Below, piece by piece: positions 9,597-18,739 of a stretch of DNA of 64,000 nucleotides (position 1 is its first letter; every line of letters begins with the position of its first letter). This DNA comes from an uncultured Alphaproteobacteria bacterium. Lineage in GTDB: Bacteria; Pseudomonadota; Alphaproteobacteria; Caulobacterales; Hyphomonadaceae. A program made the translations under genes and the position numbers. The stretch spans positions 133,273-197,272 of the forward strand of contig CAXBCO010000003.1 of the NCBI GenBank assembly GCA_963973995.1, in the 5' to 3' direction. The notes below the pieces were generated by a model. That model saw only the letters and a list, made by a program, of their open reading frames with translations, had not been told where the DNA came from and did not search any database.

Positions 9597-10513
9597 CTCC
9601 TGATCCTTCTGAGCCCGAAGCGATTCACGCGTCGGGCGACTCTACGGGCAGCCGCCTTGCCGGGCAACCGGCGCAGACACTTGGCCCAGGGCTTTATGTC
9701 GTCTCCACTCCGATCGGCAACCTGCGGGACATCACACTGCGTGCGCTGGATGTTTTCAAGGCCGTCGAGGAAGTGCTGGCAGAAGACACCCGCGTCGCCG
9801 GGAAACTGATGTCGGCTTATGGGCTTAAAGTCCGGCTGAGCCCCTACCATGACCACAATGGGGCGGAACGGCGGCCTGACCTGATTTCCCGCATGCAGGC
9901 GGGTGCGAAAATCGCCCTCATTTCCGATGCCGGCACACCGCTTGTCTCCGATCCAGGCTGGAAACTCGCCCACGACGCCCTCGAAGCGGGTGTGAAAGTG
10001 TACCCGATCCCCGGAGCGTCCGCGATGCTCGCTGGGCTCGTTGCCAGCGGCCTGCCGAGCGATCACTTTATGTTTGCGGGCTTCCTGCCGCCAAAAAGCG
10101 GTGCCCGCCGCGCCGCTGCTGAAGCCCTGAAAGGCGTACCGGGCACGCTGATTTTCTACGAAAGCGGTCCGCGCCTTGCCGCCTCGCTTGACGACCTTGC
10201 CATTGCGCTCGGCGGCAATCGGCAGGCCGCCGTCGCGCGCGAGCTGACCAAGCTGTTCGAGGAGACCCGCCGGGGCACGCTGTCAGAGCTTGCCGCCCAC
10301 TATGCCGAGGCCGGCCCGCCCCGCGGCGAAATCGTGCTGCTCGTCGGCCCGCCGCTCGAGACCGAAATCACGCAGGCCAACCTCGATGCCGCGCTTCTTG
10401 ATGCCCTGAAGGACCAGCCGACCAAGGCCGCCGCCAGCGCCGTGGCCGAGGCGCTTGGCCTGCCGAAGCGCGACGTCTACCAGCGTGCCCTGCAATTGAA
10501 GGCCAATGGCTGA
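9578..10513 (+). CDS. rsmI: 16S rRNA (cytidine1402-2'-O)-methyltransferase RsmI
   Basis: Motif [20 protein letters not shown] plus a tetrapyrrole-methylase-fold body. ATG candidates are at 9578 and 9590, and both overlap the divergent LpoA-like start at 9596. Confidence 0.9.
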   Translation: MVEAMSSPDPSEPEAIHASGDSTGSRLAGQPAQTLGPGLYVVSTPIGNLRDITLRALDVFKAVEEVLAEDTRVAGKLMSAYGLKVRLSPYHDHNGAERRPDLISRMQAGAKIALISDAGTPLVSDPGWKLAHDALEAGVKVYPIPGASAMLAGLVASGLPSDHFMFAGFLPPKSGARRAAAEALKGVPGTLIFYESGPRLAASLDDLAIALGGNRQAAVARELTKLFEETRRGTLSELAAHYAEAGPPRGEIVLLVGPPLETEITQANLDAALLDALKDQPTKAAASAVAEALGLPKRDVYQRALQLKANG

Positions 10514-10877
10514 GGGCGCACGCCAGCGGGCCGAAAGGCGCGGCCGCATGGGCGAAACGCTGGCCGCTTTCTGGCTACGTCTGAAAGGCTACCGAATACT
10601 CGCAACTCGCCTGCGCACCCCTGTTGGCGAGGTGGACCTGATCGCCTCGAAAGGCGGGATCATCGCTTTCGTGGAAGTCAAAGCCCGCGCCCGGCGCGAC
10701 CACGCCCTTGGCGCCGTGACTCCCGCCAGCTGGCATCGCATATCCCGCGCCGCCGATTTCTGGATGGCGCGTCGCCCGAATTATGCTGACCATGGCTGGC
10801 GCTACGATCTCATCGCCATCCAGCCCTGGCGCGCGCCAGTCCATATCCGCGATGCATGGCGTCCGGGGATGGGGTGA
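10506..10877 (+). CDS. YraN family (UPF0102) endonuclease-like protein, 123 aa
   Basis: Overlaps the rsmI stop by 8 nt. Motifs GEVDLIA and AFVEVKAR are typical of UPF0102. Confidence 0.85.
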   Translation: MAEGARQRAERRGRMGETLAAFWLRLKGYRILATRLRTPVGEVDLIASKGGIIAFVEVKARARRDHALGAVTPASWHRISRAADFWMARRPNYADHGWRYDLIAIQPWRAPVHIRDAWRPGMG

Positions 10878-10881
10878 ACCC

Positions 10882-11268
10882 TCATTCCGGTGCAGGTGGT
10901 TCCTGCTGGATCGACACGACATAGGCCAGCAGCACTTCGGCGCCCAAGGGGCCGAACACGAAGTCCGGCATCATCTCGTGCCCGACATGAAGCCCGGCCT
11001 GGAAATCTTCAGACAGAGTTTCCGGATTGTACTGTGCCATCAGGTAGCGCAGCGGTGGCGGGTCTTCCGGACGGATTTTCGGGTCATTGTCGAGCGCGTG
11101 GCAGTTGGCACATTGCGCTTCCGCGATTACACGCCCGTCGGCAATCGATTGGGCATCTGTCTTGATGGTATCGAATGGCACGACGCCATCTTGTGTACTG
11201 TCACACGCTGCGGCCCCCAGGGACAGGGTCAGGGCAAAAGCGGCCGGACGAAAGAAAGGTCGGATCAT
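10882..11268 (-). CDS. c-type cytochrome, lipoprotein-like, 128 aa
   Basis: Haem-binding CANCH motif. I chose the ATG at 11268 because a strong AGGAGG RBS lies 10 nt upstream. N-terminus MIRPFFRPAAFALTLSLGAAAC. Confidence 0.8.
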   Translation of the reverse strand: MIRPFFRPAAFALTLSLGAAACDSTQDGVVPFDTIKTDAQSIADGRVIAEAQCANCHALDNDPKIRPEDPPPLRYLMAQYNPETLSEDFQAGLHVGHEMMPDFVFGPLGAEVLLAYVVSIQQEPPAPE

Positions 11269-11504
11269 CGGATAGGGTCCTCCTGAATGGCGCCAAGCAC
11301 ATTTCCGCTTGAATCGCGGCGCGTGTCTGGCGATTGACGGAAACACGTCTCACCAACGATACACATTTTGGAGCATTTGCGAATATACGCATTAACCCTA
11401 TGAAGCAGGTCAGTTGCTGCAGTCTCGTATATGAACAGCGCCTTCACCCTGCCGTAATCAAATCGCATCTACAAAATCCTCCATGATTCACTGTACAGGC
11501 TGAT

Positions 11505-13499
11505 ATGGCTAAATCCGCCCCGCCCAAGCCCGCACCGCGCACCATAAAGGTGCCGCGCGAACCGATTTTCCGGTGGCCCGCAACCGTCCGCGGGTGGCTG
11601 ATCCTGATTGTGCTGGCCGCCATGTTTACGGTCGGCGGGTATGCACTCTACAAATGGCGCTCGCTCTATTTCGGCATGCCGAAGCTGCCAGACACGGCCG
11701 AACTCTGGGAAGTCCACCGCGAACCCGCCATGGAATTCGTCGACCGGGACGGCAATACGCTGTCTGTACGCGGCCCCCGCTATGGCCGCGCGACGGACAT
11801 TTCCATCCTGCCCGCCTATGTGCCCCAGGCTTTCATCGCTGCCGAAGACAAGCGGTTTTACGAGCATGACGGCGCAGACGACGCCGCGATTGCCCGCGCC
11901 GCCCTGTCGAACCTGCGCGCGGGAGAGACGGTCTCCGGCGCATCGACGATCACGCAGCAGCTGATCAAGAACCTCGTGCTCGACAATCGCCAGACGCTGA
12001 AGCGCAAGGCGCAGGAAATGAAGCTCGCCCGCGAACTGGAAAAGCGGATCAGCAAGGACGAGGTCCTCTCGCTTTACCTGAACCGCGTCTATTTCGGCGC
12101 CGGCCTTTACGGCATCGACGCGGCCGCACGCTATTATTTCGGCAAGCCACCCGAAAAATTGGAAATCCAGGAAGCCGCCCTGCTCGCCGCGCTGCCCAAG
12201 GCGCCGTCCAAGCTGAACCTGCGCGACAACCTGGCAGGCGCACGGGACCGGCAGCTCTATGTGCTCGCGGAAATGGTAGACCAGGGCTTCATCACGAAGG
12301 AACAATCCGACGCTGCCCGCGCTGCGGAGGTGAAAATCATCGACGCGCCAGTCTATGATGCGCAGCTTGGCTATGTGCTCGATGCGTCGGCTGAACGCGT
12401 AAAAGCGATGCTGCCGCGCCTGCCGGGCGATCTCGTCGTCACCATATCCATCGACCCGAAACTCCAGGAAAAGATCGAATCCCTGCTGGTCGAACGCATC
12501 GCGAAAGACGGTAAGGCATTGGGCGCCAGCCAGGTCGGCGCGCTGGTGATGGCAAAGGATGGCCGCGTCGTCGCCATGGTCGGCGGTGCAGACTATTCAG
12601 CCTCGGAATTCAATCGGGTGACACAAGCCAAGCGCCAGCCCGGATCGAGCTTCAAGCCCTTTGTCTATGCGGCCGCGCTGGAAGACGGCTTCTCGCCTTA
12701 TGACGTGATGATCGACGCGCCGCTGACAATCGAGAAATGGAAGCCCGAGAATTACGGCGGCGGCTTCCTCGGGCCGATGACGCTCAGCGAGGCCCTGACC
12801 CGCTCGACCAACACGATTGCCGCCCAGTTCGGACAGGAGGCGAGCGAGGAACGCATCATCTCGCTGGCCAAGCGGTTCGGCATGACAAGCCCGATGCAGC
12901 CTTTCCCGTCACTCGCCCTTGGCAGTCAGGAAGTCACCATGTGGGAGCTCGTGCGGGCCTATGGCGCCTTCCAGTCGGGCGGCCTGCGCATGGATCCCTA
13001 TCTCATCGACAAGATCGAGGACTCGCGCGGCGTGGTCCTTTACCAGCGCCCCGAATACGAGCGCGAGCGCGTCTATCCCTATGATCTGGCCGAAGACATG
13101 AACGCCATGATGACCCGCGTCGTGAACGCCCCCATCGGCACGGGCGGGCGGGCGCGGGTGAAGAACTGGACCGTGGCTGGCAAGACCGGCACCTCGCAGG
13201 ACTGGCGAGACGCCTGGTTCGTCGGCTTTACCGCCGCTTATGTCGGCGCGGTCTGGGTCGGCAATGATGATGACAGCCCGATGAAGCGCGTCACCGGCGG
13301 CGGCCTTCCCGCGGACCTCTGGTCGGACATGATGACAGTTGTCCACGCCGGAAAGCCTTCGGAAAGCCTGATCGGCGCCGAAGGCGGTATCGTGATCAGC
13401 GAGGCGGCGGAGCAACGCATTTCCTTCTATCGCGGCCTCAGCCAGGCATTCAGCGTCGCAGCGGCGAACCGCAGGGCCAGCGGCGCTGTCCCGCAGTAG
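11505..13499 (+). CDS. Class A penicillin-binding protein (transglycosylase + transpeptidase), 664 aa
   Basis: GT51 motifs EDKRFYEHDG and GASTITQQL. Transpeptidase motifs SSFKP, an SxN-like RSTN, and KTGT. N-terminal membrane anchor. Confidence 0.9.
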   Translation: MAKSAPPKPAPRTIKVPREPIFRWPATVRGWLILIVLAAMFTVGGYALYKWRSLYFGMPKLPDTAELWEVHREPAMEFVDRDGNTLSVRGPRYGRATDISILPAYVPQAFIAAEDKRFYEHDGADDAAIARAALSNLRAGETVSGASTITQQLIKNLVLDNRQTLKRKAQEMKLARELEKRISKDEVLSLYLNRVYFGAGLYGIDAAARYYFGKPPEKLEIQEAALLAALPKAPSKLNLRDNLAGARDRQLYVLAEMVDQGFITKEQSDAARAAEVKIIDAPVYDAQLGYVLDASAERVKAMLPRLPGDLVVTISIDPKLQEKIESLLVERIAKDGKALGASQVGALVMAKDGRVVAMVGGADYSASEFNRVTQAKRQPGSSFKPFVYAAALEDGFSPYDVMIDAPLTIEKWKPENYGGGFLGPMTLSEALTRSTNTIAAQFGQEASEERIISLAKRFGMTSPMQPFPSLALGSQEVTMWELVRAYGAFQSGGLRMDPYLIDKIEDSRGVVLYQRPEYERERVYPYDLAEDMNAMMTRVVNAPIGTGGRARVKNWTVAGKTGTSQDWRDAWFVGFTAAYVGAVWVGNDDDSPMKRVTGGGLPADLWSDMMTVVHAGKPSESLIGAEGGIVISEAAEQRISFYRGLSQAFSVAAANRRASGAVPQ

Positions 13500-13544
13500 A
13501 ACCGGGCTTTTCAGCGGGGCGCATTCCGCCTAACAGGCGTGCGC

Positions 13545-14585
13545 ATGGATACTGATGTTCTCGAAACCCTGAAACTCGCCCTTGATGGCGGTGGTGTAAC
13601 CGTGCCGGAAACGGGGGATGTGCTGTTCCTGCGGGCTGAACCGGGGCCTGTGCTGCCGCTGCTGCCGAAGGACCGGCTGACCTGCCAGCAGACGTTCAAG
13701 CCGCCGCATGATGCGCTCAAGGCGGCGGGATACACGCTGCTCTCTCCCGGGACAGAGACGTTCGACCCCGCGGCACTGACGCTGATCCTGCCGCCGCGCC
13801 AGAAGGCCGAGGCCCGGGGCCTGTATGCCCGCGCCATGCTGTCCGCGCCCGAGGGCGGCGTGGTGCTGGCCTGCCTGCCGAACACGCTGGGCGGCAAGAC
13901 CGCCGAGAAGACGCTGGGCGAGATTGCCGGGGCCACGGAAAGCCTGAGCAAGCACAAGTGCCGGGCTTTCTGGGCGAGGAAAGACAGCGCCAAGTTCAAC
14001 AAGACCCTCGCCGAGGCCTGGGTTGCTGCCGACCAGCCGCAACCTGTCGCCGACGGGGCGATGTGGAGCCGGCCGGGCCTGTTCTCCTGGGACCGGATCG
14101 ATGCCGGATCGGAACTCCTCGCCGAGAACATTCCCGAGGATATCAAGGGCAAGGGCGCCGACTTTGGCGCCGGCCAGGGCTACCTCACCAAAGAGGTCCT
14201 GACGCACTGCCCGAAGATCAAGCACATGGACCTCTACGAGGCCGAGCACCGTGCGATTGCGTGCGCGCAGAAGACGCTGGAAGGCGTCGAGAATGTCACG
14301 ATCACCTGGGCCGATGCGACGCGCGACCTGTCGGAGAACCAGTATGATTTCATCCTGATGAACCCGCCTTTCCACGTCGGACGGGCGGACGCCGCAGGCC
14401 TCGGCCAGGCCTTCATCCAGGCCGCCGCACGGGCGTTGAAGCCGCACGGCAGCCTGTACATGGTTGCCAACCGCCACCTGCCGTATGAAGCGACGGTCGC
14501 AGCCTGCTTCAAGCAGTATGAAATCATTGAGGATTCCGGCGGCTACAAGGTGATCCGCGCCGACCGGCCGAAACGCCAGAAATGA
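13545..14585 (+). CDS. Class I SAM-dependent rRNA methyltransferase, RsmC/RsmD-like
   Basis: DFGAGQGYL SAM-binding loop and NPPFH catalytic motif. The ORF-track start at 13539 is a GTG, and the first ATG is at 13545. Confidence 0.7.
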   Translation: MDTDVLETLKLALDGGGVTVPETGDVLFLRAEPGPVLPLLPKDRLTCQQTFKPPHDALKAAGYTLLSPGTETFDPAALTLILPPRQKAEARGLYARAMLSAPEGGVVLACLPNTLGGKTAEKTLGEIAGATESLSKHKCRAFWARKDSAKFNKTLAEAWVAADQPQPVADGAMWSRPGLFSWDRIDAGSELLAENIPEDIKGKGADFGAGQGYLTKEVLTHCPKIKHMDLYEAEHRAIACAQKTLEGVENVTITWADATRDLSENQYDFILMNPPFHVGRADAAGLGQAFIQAAARALKPHGSLYMVANRHLPYEATVAACFKQYEIIEDSGGYKVIRADRPKRQK

Positions 14586-15283
14586 AGGATCTCCGCCCCC
14601 TTACCAAATACCTGGCCGGGCTGGGGTACGGGAGCCGCAAGGAGGTGGAAACCGCCATCCGCAGGGGGCGGGTCGGGGGGCTTGAAGGGGGTGGCAAGGG
14701 GGTGGTCGGTCCGTTCGAAAACGTCACTTTCGACGGCGAACCGCTCGACCCGCCACCCGGCATGGTGGCCATCATGAACAAGCCGGCGGGCTACACCTGC
14801 TCGCGCGCCGATGGCGGACAGCTCGTCTACGAACTCCTGCCGCCGCGCTTCCTCGCACGCACGCCAGCGCTGTCGACGGTCGGACGGCTCGACGCGCCCA
14901 CGACGGGCCTGTTGCTGTTCACCGATGACGGGCAATTGCTGCACAGGCTTATCTCTCCCCGGTCGGAAACGGAGAAGGTCTATGAGGCCGTCCTCGCCCG
15001 GCCGCTGGAAGGCCATGAGGGCGAAGCGTTCGCCAGCGGCACACTGGTGCTGCGCGGCGAGGACAAGCCGCTGAAACCGGCCAAGCTCGAAGTAACGGGC
15101 GAGCGCACCGCGCGCGTCACCCTCACCGAAGGCCGCTACCATCAGGTGCGCCGCATGTTCGCCGCCATGGGCAACCATGTCGAAGCCCTGCACCGCGCCC
15201 GGTTCGGCCCGTTGACGCTGGACGGCCTCGTCGAAGGCGAATGGCGGGTGCTGGGGGCGGACGAGCTAGCGAGGTTGGCGTGA
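14582..15283 (+). CDS. RsuA/RluB-family pseudouridine synthase, 233 aa
   Basis: ATGA overlap with the upstream gene. Catalytic motif GRLDAPTTGLLLFTDDG. GRYHQVRRMF motif. Confidence 0.85.
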   Translation: MKDLRPLTKYLAGLGYGSRKEVETAIRRGRVGGLEGGGKGVVGPFENVTFDGEPLDPPPGMVAIMNKPAGYTCSRADGGQLVYELLPPRFLARTPALSTVGRLDAPTTGLLLFTDDGQLLHRLISPRSETEKVYEAVLARPLEGHEGEAFASGTLVLRGEDKPLKPAKLEVTGERTARVTLTEGRYHQVRRMFAAMGNHVEALHRARFGPLTLDGLVEGEWRVLGADELARLA

Positions 15284-15474
15284 GCTTCGAATTTGGCCGA
15301 CGCCTACGTTGAGCGTAAGGGCGAATGGCCTATTCTCACCACGTCGTCATTTGCGGTTGGGCCGAGGACATGCCTTTGCCGAGCGGCTTTGAAGCCGAAC
15401 GCTTCGGACCCAGGACACCGATCGGCGCAGACATTTGTGGTACAATGCGTCGTCGCCGAGCAAGTGGATCACGC

Positions 15475-16005
15475 CTAAGCAAAGCGCTCTAAATCCGCAT
15501 CTGAAAACGGCATCAGAAGAATCGACAAATCGAATTCCGGGTTGATGTGCCAACCGTTCAGGTCTTTCTCAAATGCCGGCTGCCAACATTCACCTATCTC
15601 TTTCTCTGCCGAGAAGAAATTCCCAGATTCAAATTCTTTGACTCGGGGTGCTTTCTCTCTTCGTGGCACAAGTGGCCCAACCCAAACCAGTGCTCGTCGA
15701 ACGCATTGATGGGTTCGATCAAACTCAATTGCCATCGCGGTTGCGACGTTTCCGGGTGTTCCTGGCTCTGGCAGCATCCAAATTCTGCCAACCCCAACAA
15801 ATGCATTCTGTGTGCGGCGGAACTGATCAAAATCGAAGCCATCTAAATGGCAATATGTATTGAGTGGTTTGTGCTGCCAAATTACCCGTTCCAGCAAAGT
15901 CCATCGGGCGAATATGAAACCAGATTTGCGATACTTACTCGATTTATCAAAGAAAGCATTGAAGAGAGCTCGCTCTCGGCCATCCACGCTGAAGTCGCTT
16001 TTCAT
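15475..16005 (-). CDS. Hypothetical protein, 176 aa, in a low-GC islet
   Basis: The only long ORF in a roughly 0.7-kb stretch of about 40-50% GC (hand counts of three 60-nt lines gave 45, 50 and 40%). Flanking sequence is about 65% GC. ATG start, no clear SD, no family recognised. Confidence 0.4.
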   Translation of the reverse strand: MKSDFSVDGRERALFNAFFDKSSKYRKSGFIFARWTLLERVIWQHKPLNTYCHLDGFDFDQFRRTQNAFVGVGRIWMLPEPGTPGNVATAMAIEFDRTHQCVRRALVWVGPLVPRREKAPRVKEFESGNFFSAEKEIGECWQPAFEKDLNGWHINPEFDLSILLMPFSDADLERFA

Positions 16006-16155
16006 GAAATTACACGCATAGTTTCAGCGTGGTCAGCTACCATGCTTTCAGTAGGCGTTTAGTTTCATTCGTGTCAACGGATGCTTGGCCAATCATGTCT
16101 TCCTTGACGCCTAGCGCAGACATTTCCGTTACGGCCGGGTCGTCTGGTGGACTCA

Positions 16156-16845
16156 TTACAAGCACGTCTTGTTGTAGCGTTCGTTTTCCCGGGCGAACAT
16201 GGCGCGGATTGTTTCGCCGTCTGACGGTTCCTGGGCAAGGGTTTCCGGGTTCCATTGATGCCGGTCCGTCGCGAAGAAATCGCCGCCATAGATATGGATT
16301 CCGCCGGTGAACCGCAGAAGCGGATTCGTCACCGAATGGATCGCGTCTGCCTCCAGCGTCGCCACGTCGCCCTCGAACAGGCAATTGGCGTCGCAGGCCT
16401 TGAGGCCCTGCTCGCCCTGCCGCCAGAGGATATTGTCTTCGCGCCCGGTATAAATCCCGATCAGGGCCCACATCGCGTGATCATGCGGCAGCAGGTTCAT
16501 TTGCGGTGTCCAGCTCGCGGCGAAAATGGTCAGGGTGCGCGAACTGAGAAGCACATCCAGCCCCGCCTGCCGGGGCGCGCCGAGGCCCGCCAGAACCGAT
16601 GACGGATCGGACACGGCGCGGGCCAGCACGTCGCGGACGGCGCTGACAGGGTCAGTTTCCAAATGCGCCCGGATGCAGTCTTCCACGAACCGCTCCCGGT
16701 CAAACAGTGTCACTTTGGCTGGTCTCGGCTTGGGTTCCATCTGGGAATGAGCTTTCGTTGCGATCAGGGGGATAGTGGCGAACGCCGCGCCGCGCGCCAG
16801 AAGATTGCGGCGGGATATTGCCGGCGGGGTATTTTTGAATGTCAT
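16156..16845 (-). CDS. Tat-signal cupin-fold protein (cysteine-dioxygenase-like double-stranded beta-helix), 229 aa
   Basis: I chose the ATG at 16845. Twin-arginine motif SRRNLLARGAAFA. His-rich cupin segment LLPHDHAMWALIGIYTGRE, and downstream HSVTN and GGIHIYGG segments. Confidence 0.6.
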   Translation of the reverse strand: MTFKNTPPAISRRNLLARGAAFATIPLIATKAHSQMEPKPRPAKVTLFDRERFVEDCIRAHLETDPVSAVRDVLARAVSDPSSVLAGLGAPRQAGLDVLLSSRTLTIFAASWTPQMNLLPHDHAMWALIGIYTGREDNILWRQGEQGLKACDANCLFEGDVATLEADAIHSVTNPLLRFTGGIHIYGGDFFATDRHQWNPETLAQEPSDGETIRAMFARENERYNKTCL

Positions 16846-16988
16846 CGGGCTTTTCCATCCGGATATTCGCAATGATGCGCTGAGAGCCAATTGATGCGAA
16901 CCCGGGTGGGCGTTCCAGTCAATAATCTGGACTGGCCCGGTTCCCGGATAGGTGGTTCGGTAGGGCCACGCATAGCCGAGGAGCAGCC

Positions 16989-17672
16989 ATGCCATCTGTT
17001 TTTGGACAATTTTGCCCGGTCGCCCTGGCGTCCGAAGTGCTGATGCAGAAATGGATGCTGCTGATCCTGCGCGAGATGAATGCCGGAAGCACGCGCTTCA
17101 ACGACATCCGGCGCGGCGTGCCCCGGATATCGGCGACCCTGCTGAAACAGAGACTCGACCAGCTCGAACGCGCCGACATCGTCTTCCGGCGGCCAGTCGC
17201 GGATGGCGGCGTCGACGAATACGTGCTGACGACTGCGGGTCGCGAGCTCAAGACCGTACTGGATTCCATTGGCGAATGGGGGCAGCGCTGGGCGCGCGAC
17301 ATCGATCCCGACGACCTCGACCCGGGATGGCTGGTCTGGAGCATGCACCGCCGCCTCAATCTGTCGGAACTGCCCGCCGGGCGCACCGTGCTGGAAATTG
17401 CCTTCACCGATGCCCAGAAGGACCAGCGCTTTTTCTGGCTCGTGTGCGACCGGGAGCGCGCCGAGGTGTGCGTGAAGCCGACCGGATATGAGGTTGACCT
17501 GCGGGTCATCACCAGCGTCCGGACGCTCGCGGAAGTATGGCGGGGCATACGCGTTCTGAAGCCGGAACTCGCCAGCGGCAACATTCGGCTGGAAGGGAGC
17601 AGCGACCTGAAACGCACATTCCCGGACCTTTTGCTGCTGAGTGGATTTGCAGGAACGCAGCGGCAGCGCTGA
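16989..17672 (+). CDS. HxlR-family transcriptional regulator with C-terminal extension, 227 aa
   Basis: N-terminus CPVALASEVLMQKWMLLILREM..GSTRFNDIRRGVPRISATLLKQRLDQLE is a typical HxlR winged helix. Divergent from the cupin gene. Confidence 0.85.
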   Translation: MPSVFGQFCPVALASEVLMQKWMLLILREMNAGSTRFNDIRRGVPRISATLLKQRLDQLERADIVFRRPVADGGVDEYVLTTAGRELKTVLDSIGEWGQRWARDIDPDDLDPGWLVWSMHRRLNLSELPAGRTVLEIAFTDAQKDQRFFWLVCDRERAEVCVKPTGYEVDLRVITSVRTLAEVWRGIRVLKPELASGNIRLEGSSDLKRTFPDLLLLSGFAGTQRQR

Positions 17673-17818
17673 AGCGGCGAAACAGCTGTGTGGCGACAGT
17701 GTCTTGCCACCCGAACCGGGGAATTTTCGCCGTGCGGTAACCAGTTCCCAACACCATTGCTGTAGGCGTCTCAATCATACCGGGTCGATCAGGCCTGCTG
17801 TCCAGAGGCGCTTAAATC

Positions 17819-18739
17819 ATGACCAATTCCAAAGCGCGACTGGCGATAATCAACGAGCTGTCCTATTCGCCGGGCGACCGGCGGCACATGATCGTACTGA
17901 TCGAAGAGGCGCTGGCAGCGATGGGCGTGGACATCGTGCACATCAACAAGGCCACCGGCTATGTCCCGGCCGATGCCGCCTTCGTCCATATCGACCAGTC
18001 GATCATTTCGCCCGAAGCCCGGGCCTTGGCCCTGCGCTACCCGGCATCGATCAATGCCTATGCGACGGATATCCGAAAGTTCAGGTATATTGACGGCCTG
18101 CTGGGGCGCGGCGATTCCTGTGACGCCCCCGTGATCGTGAAATCCAACCTCAACTATGCCGGGATGCCCGAGCGCGGCGCTGCGCGGCAGGAGGGCCCGA
18201 TCGGGCGCCGCCTGCTGAACCGCGTCTCGAACCGCCTTCGCAGGCAATCGAAATATGCGATCCAGTCGAAAGAGGATTACCGCATCTACCCGACCCTGTC
18301 GGATGTGCCCCGCCACTATTTCCGCAACGATTATGTCGTGCAGAAGTTCATGGCGGAAAGCGATGGCGAAAAGAACCTGCTGCGGGAGTACATATTCCTT
18401 GGCGACCTTCACTACCAGAACATCGAACGATCAGACCAGCTGATCATCACCGAAGACGAGCATGTCTCGTGTGAACCGTTCGAACCGCACCCGCACCTGC
18501 TGGCCACGCGCCGGAGGCTCGGCCTGGATTATGGCAAGATCGACTTTACGCTGATCGATGGCGAACCGTTCATCTTTGACGCCAACAAGACCCTGGGCCT
18601 TGGTGAATTTGGCGACACGGCCTGGCTGGCTGACGATGTTTCCAACATGTTGCGCGCGTTTGCCGGCGAGGTGTTCAGGCTGGTGACAGCGCAGAAAGGC
18701 GCGCCGAAACCTGACGCTCAATTCCTTGAGGCCGGTTAG
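17819..18739 (+). CDS. Hypothetical protein, possible ATP-grasp fold, 306 aa
   Basis: Weak ATP-grasp-like landmarks seen by eye: VIVKSNLNYAG, YVVQKFM, DYGKIDFTLIDGEPFIFDANKT. No family can be assigned without an HMM search. Confidence 0.45.
   Translation: MTNSKARLAIINELSYSPGDRRHMIVLIEEALAAMGVDIVHINKATGYVPADAAFVHIDQSIISPEARALALRYPASINAYATDIRKFRYIDGLLGRGDSCDAPVIVKSNLNYAGMPERGAARQEGPIGRRLLNRVSNRLRRQSKYAIQSKEDYRIYPTLSDVPRHYFRNDYVVQKFMAESDGEKNLLREYIFLGDLHYQNIERSDQLIITEDEHVSCEPFEPHPHLLATRRRLGLDYGKIDFTLIDGEPFIFDANKTLGLGEFGDTAWLADDVSNMLRAFAGEVFRLVTAQKGAPKPDAQFLEAG

Noticed and set aside
11265-11468. 67-aa ORF in the 236-bp divergent spacer between the cytochrome c and PBP genes
   Set aside because: It has no SD, partly overlaps the cytochrome c start region, and has unremarkable composition. 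The spacer is more likely a promoter region for the two divergent genes.
15293-15478. 61-aa plus-strand ORF downstream of the pseudouridine synthase gene
   Set aside because: It has no RBS and no motif. It occupies the 3' flank shared with the convergent orphan gene, so it is probably non-coding.
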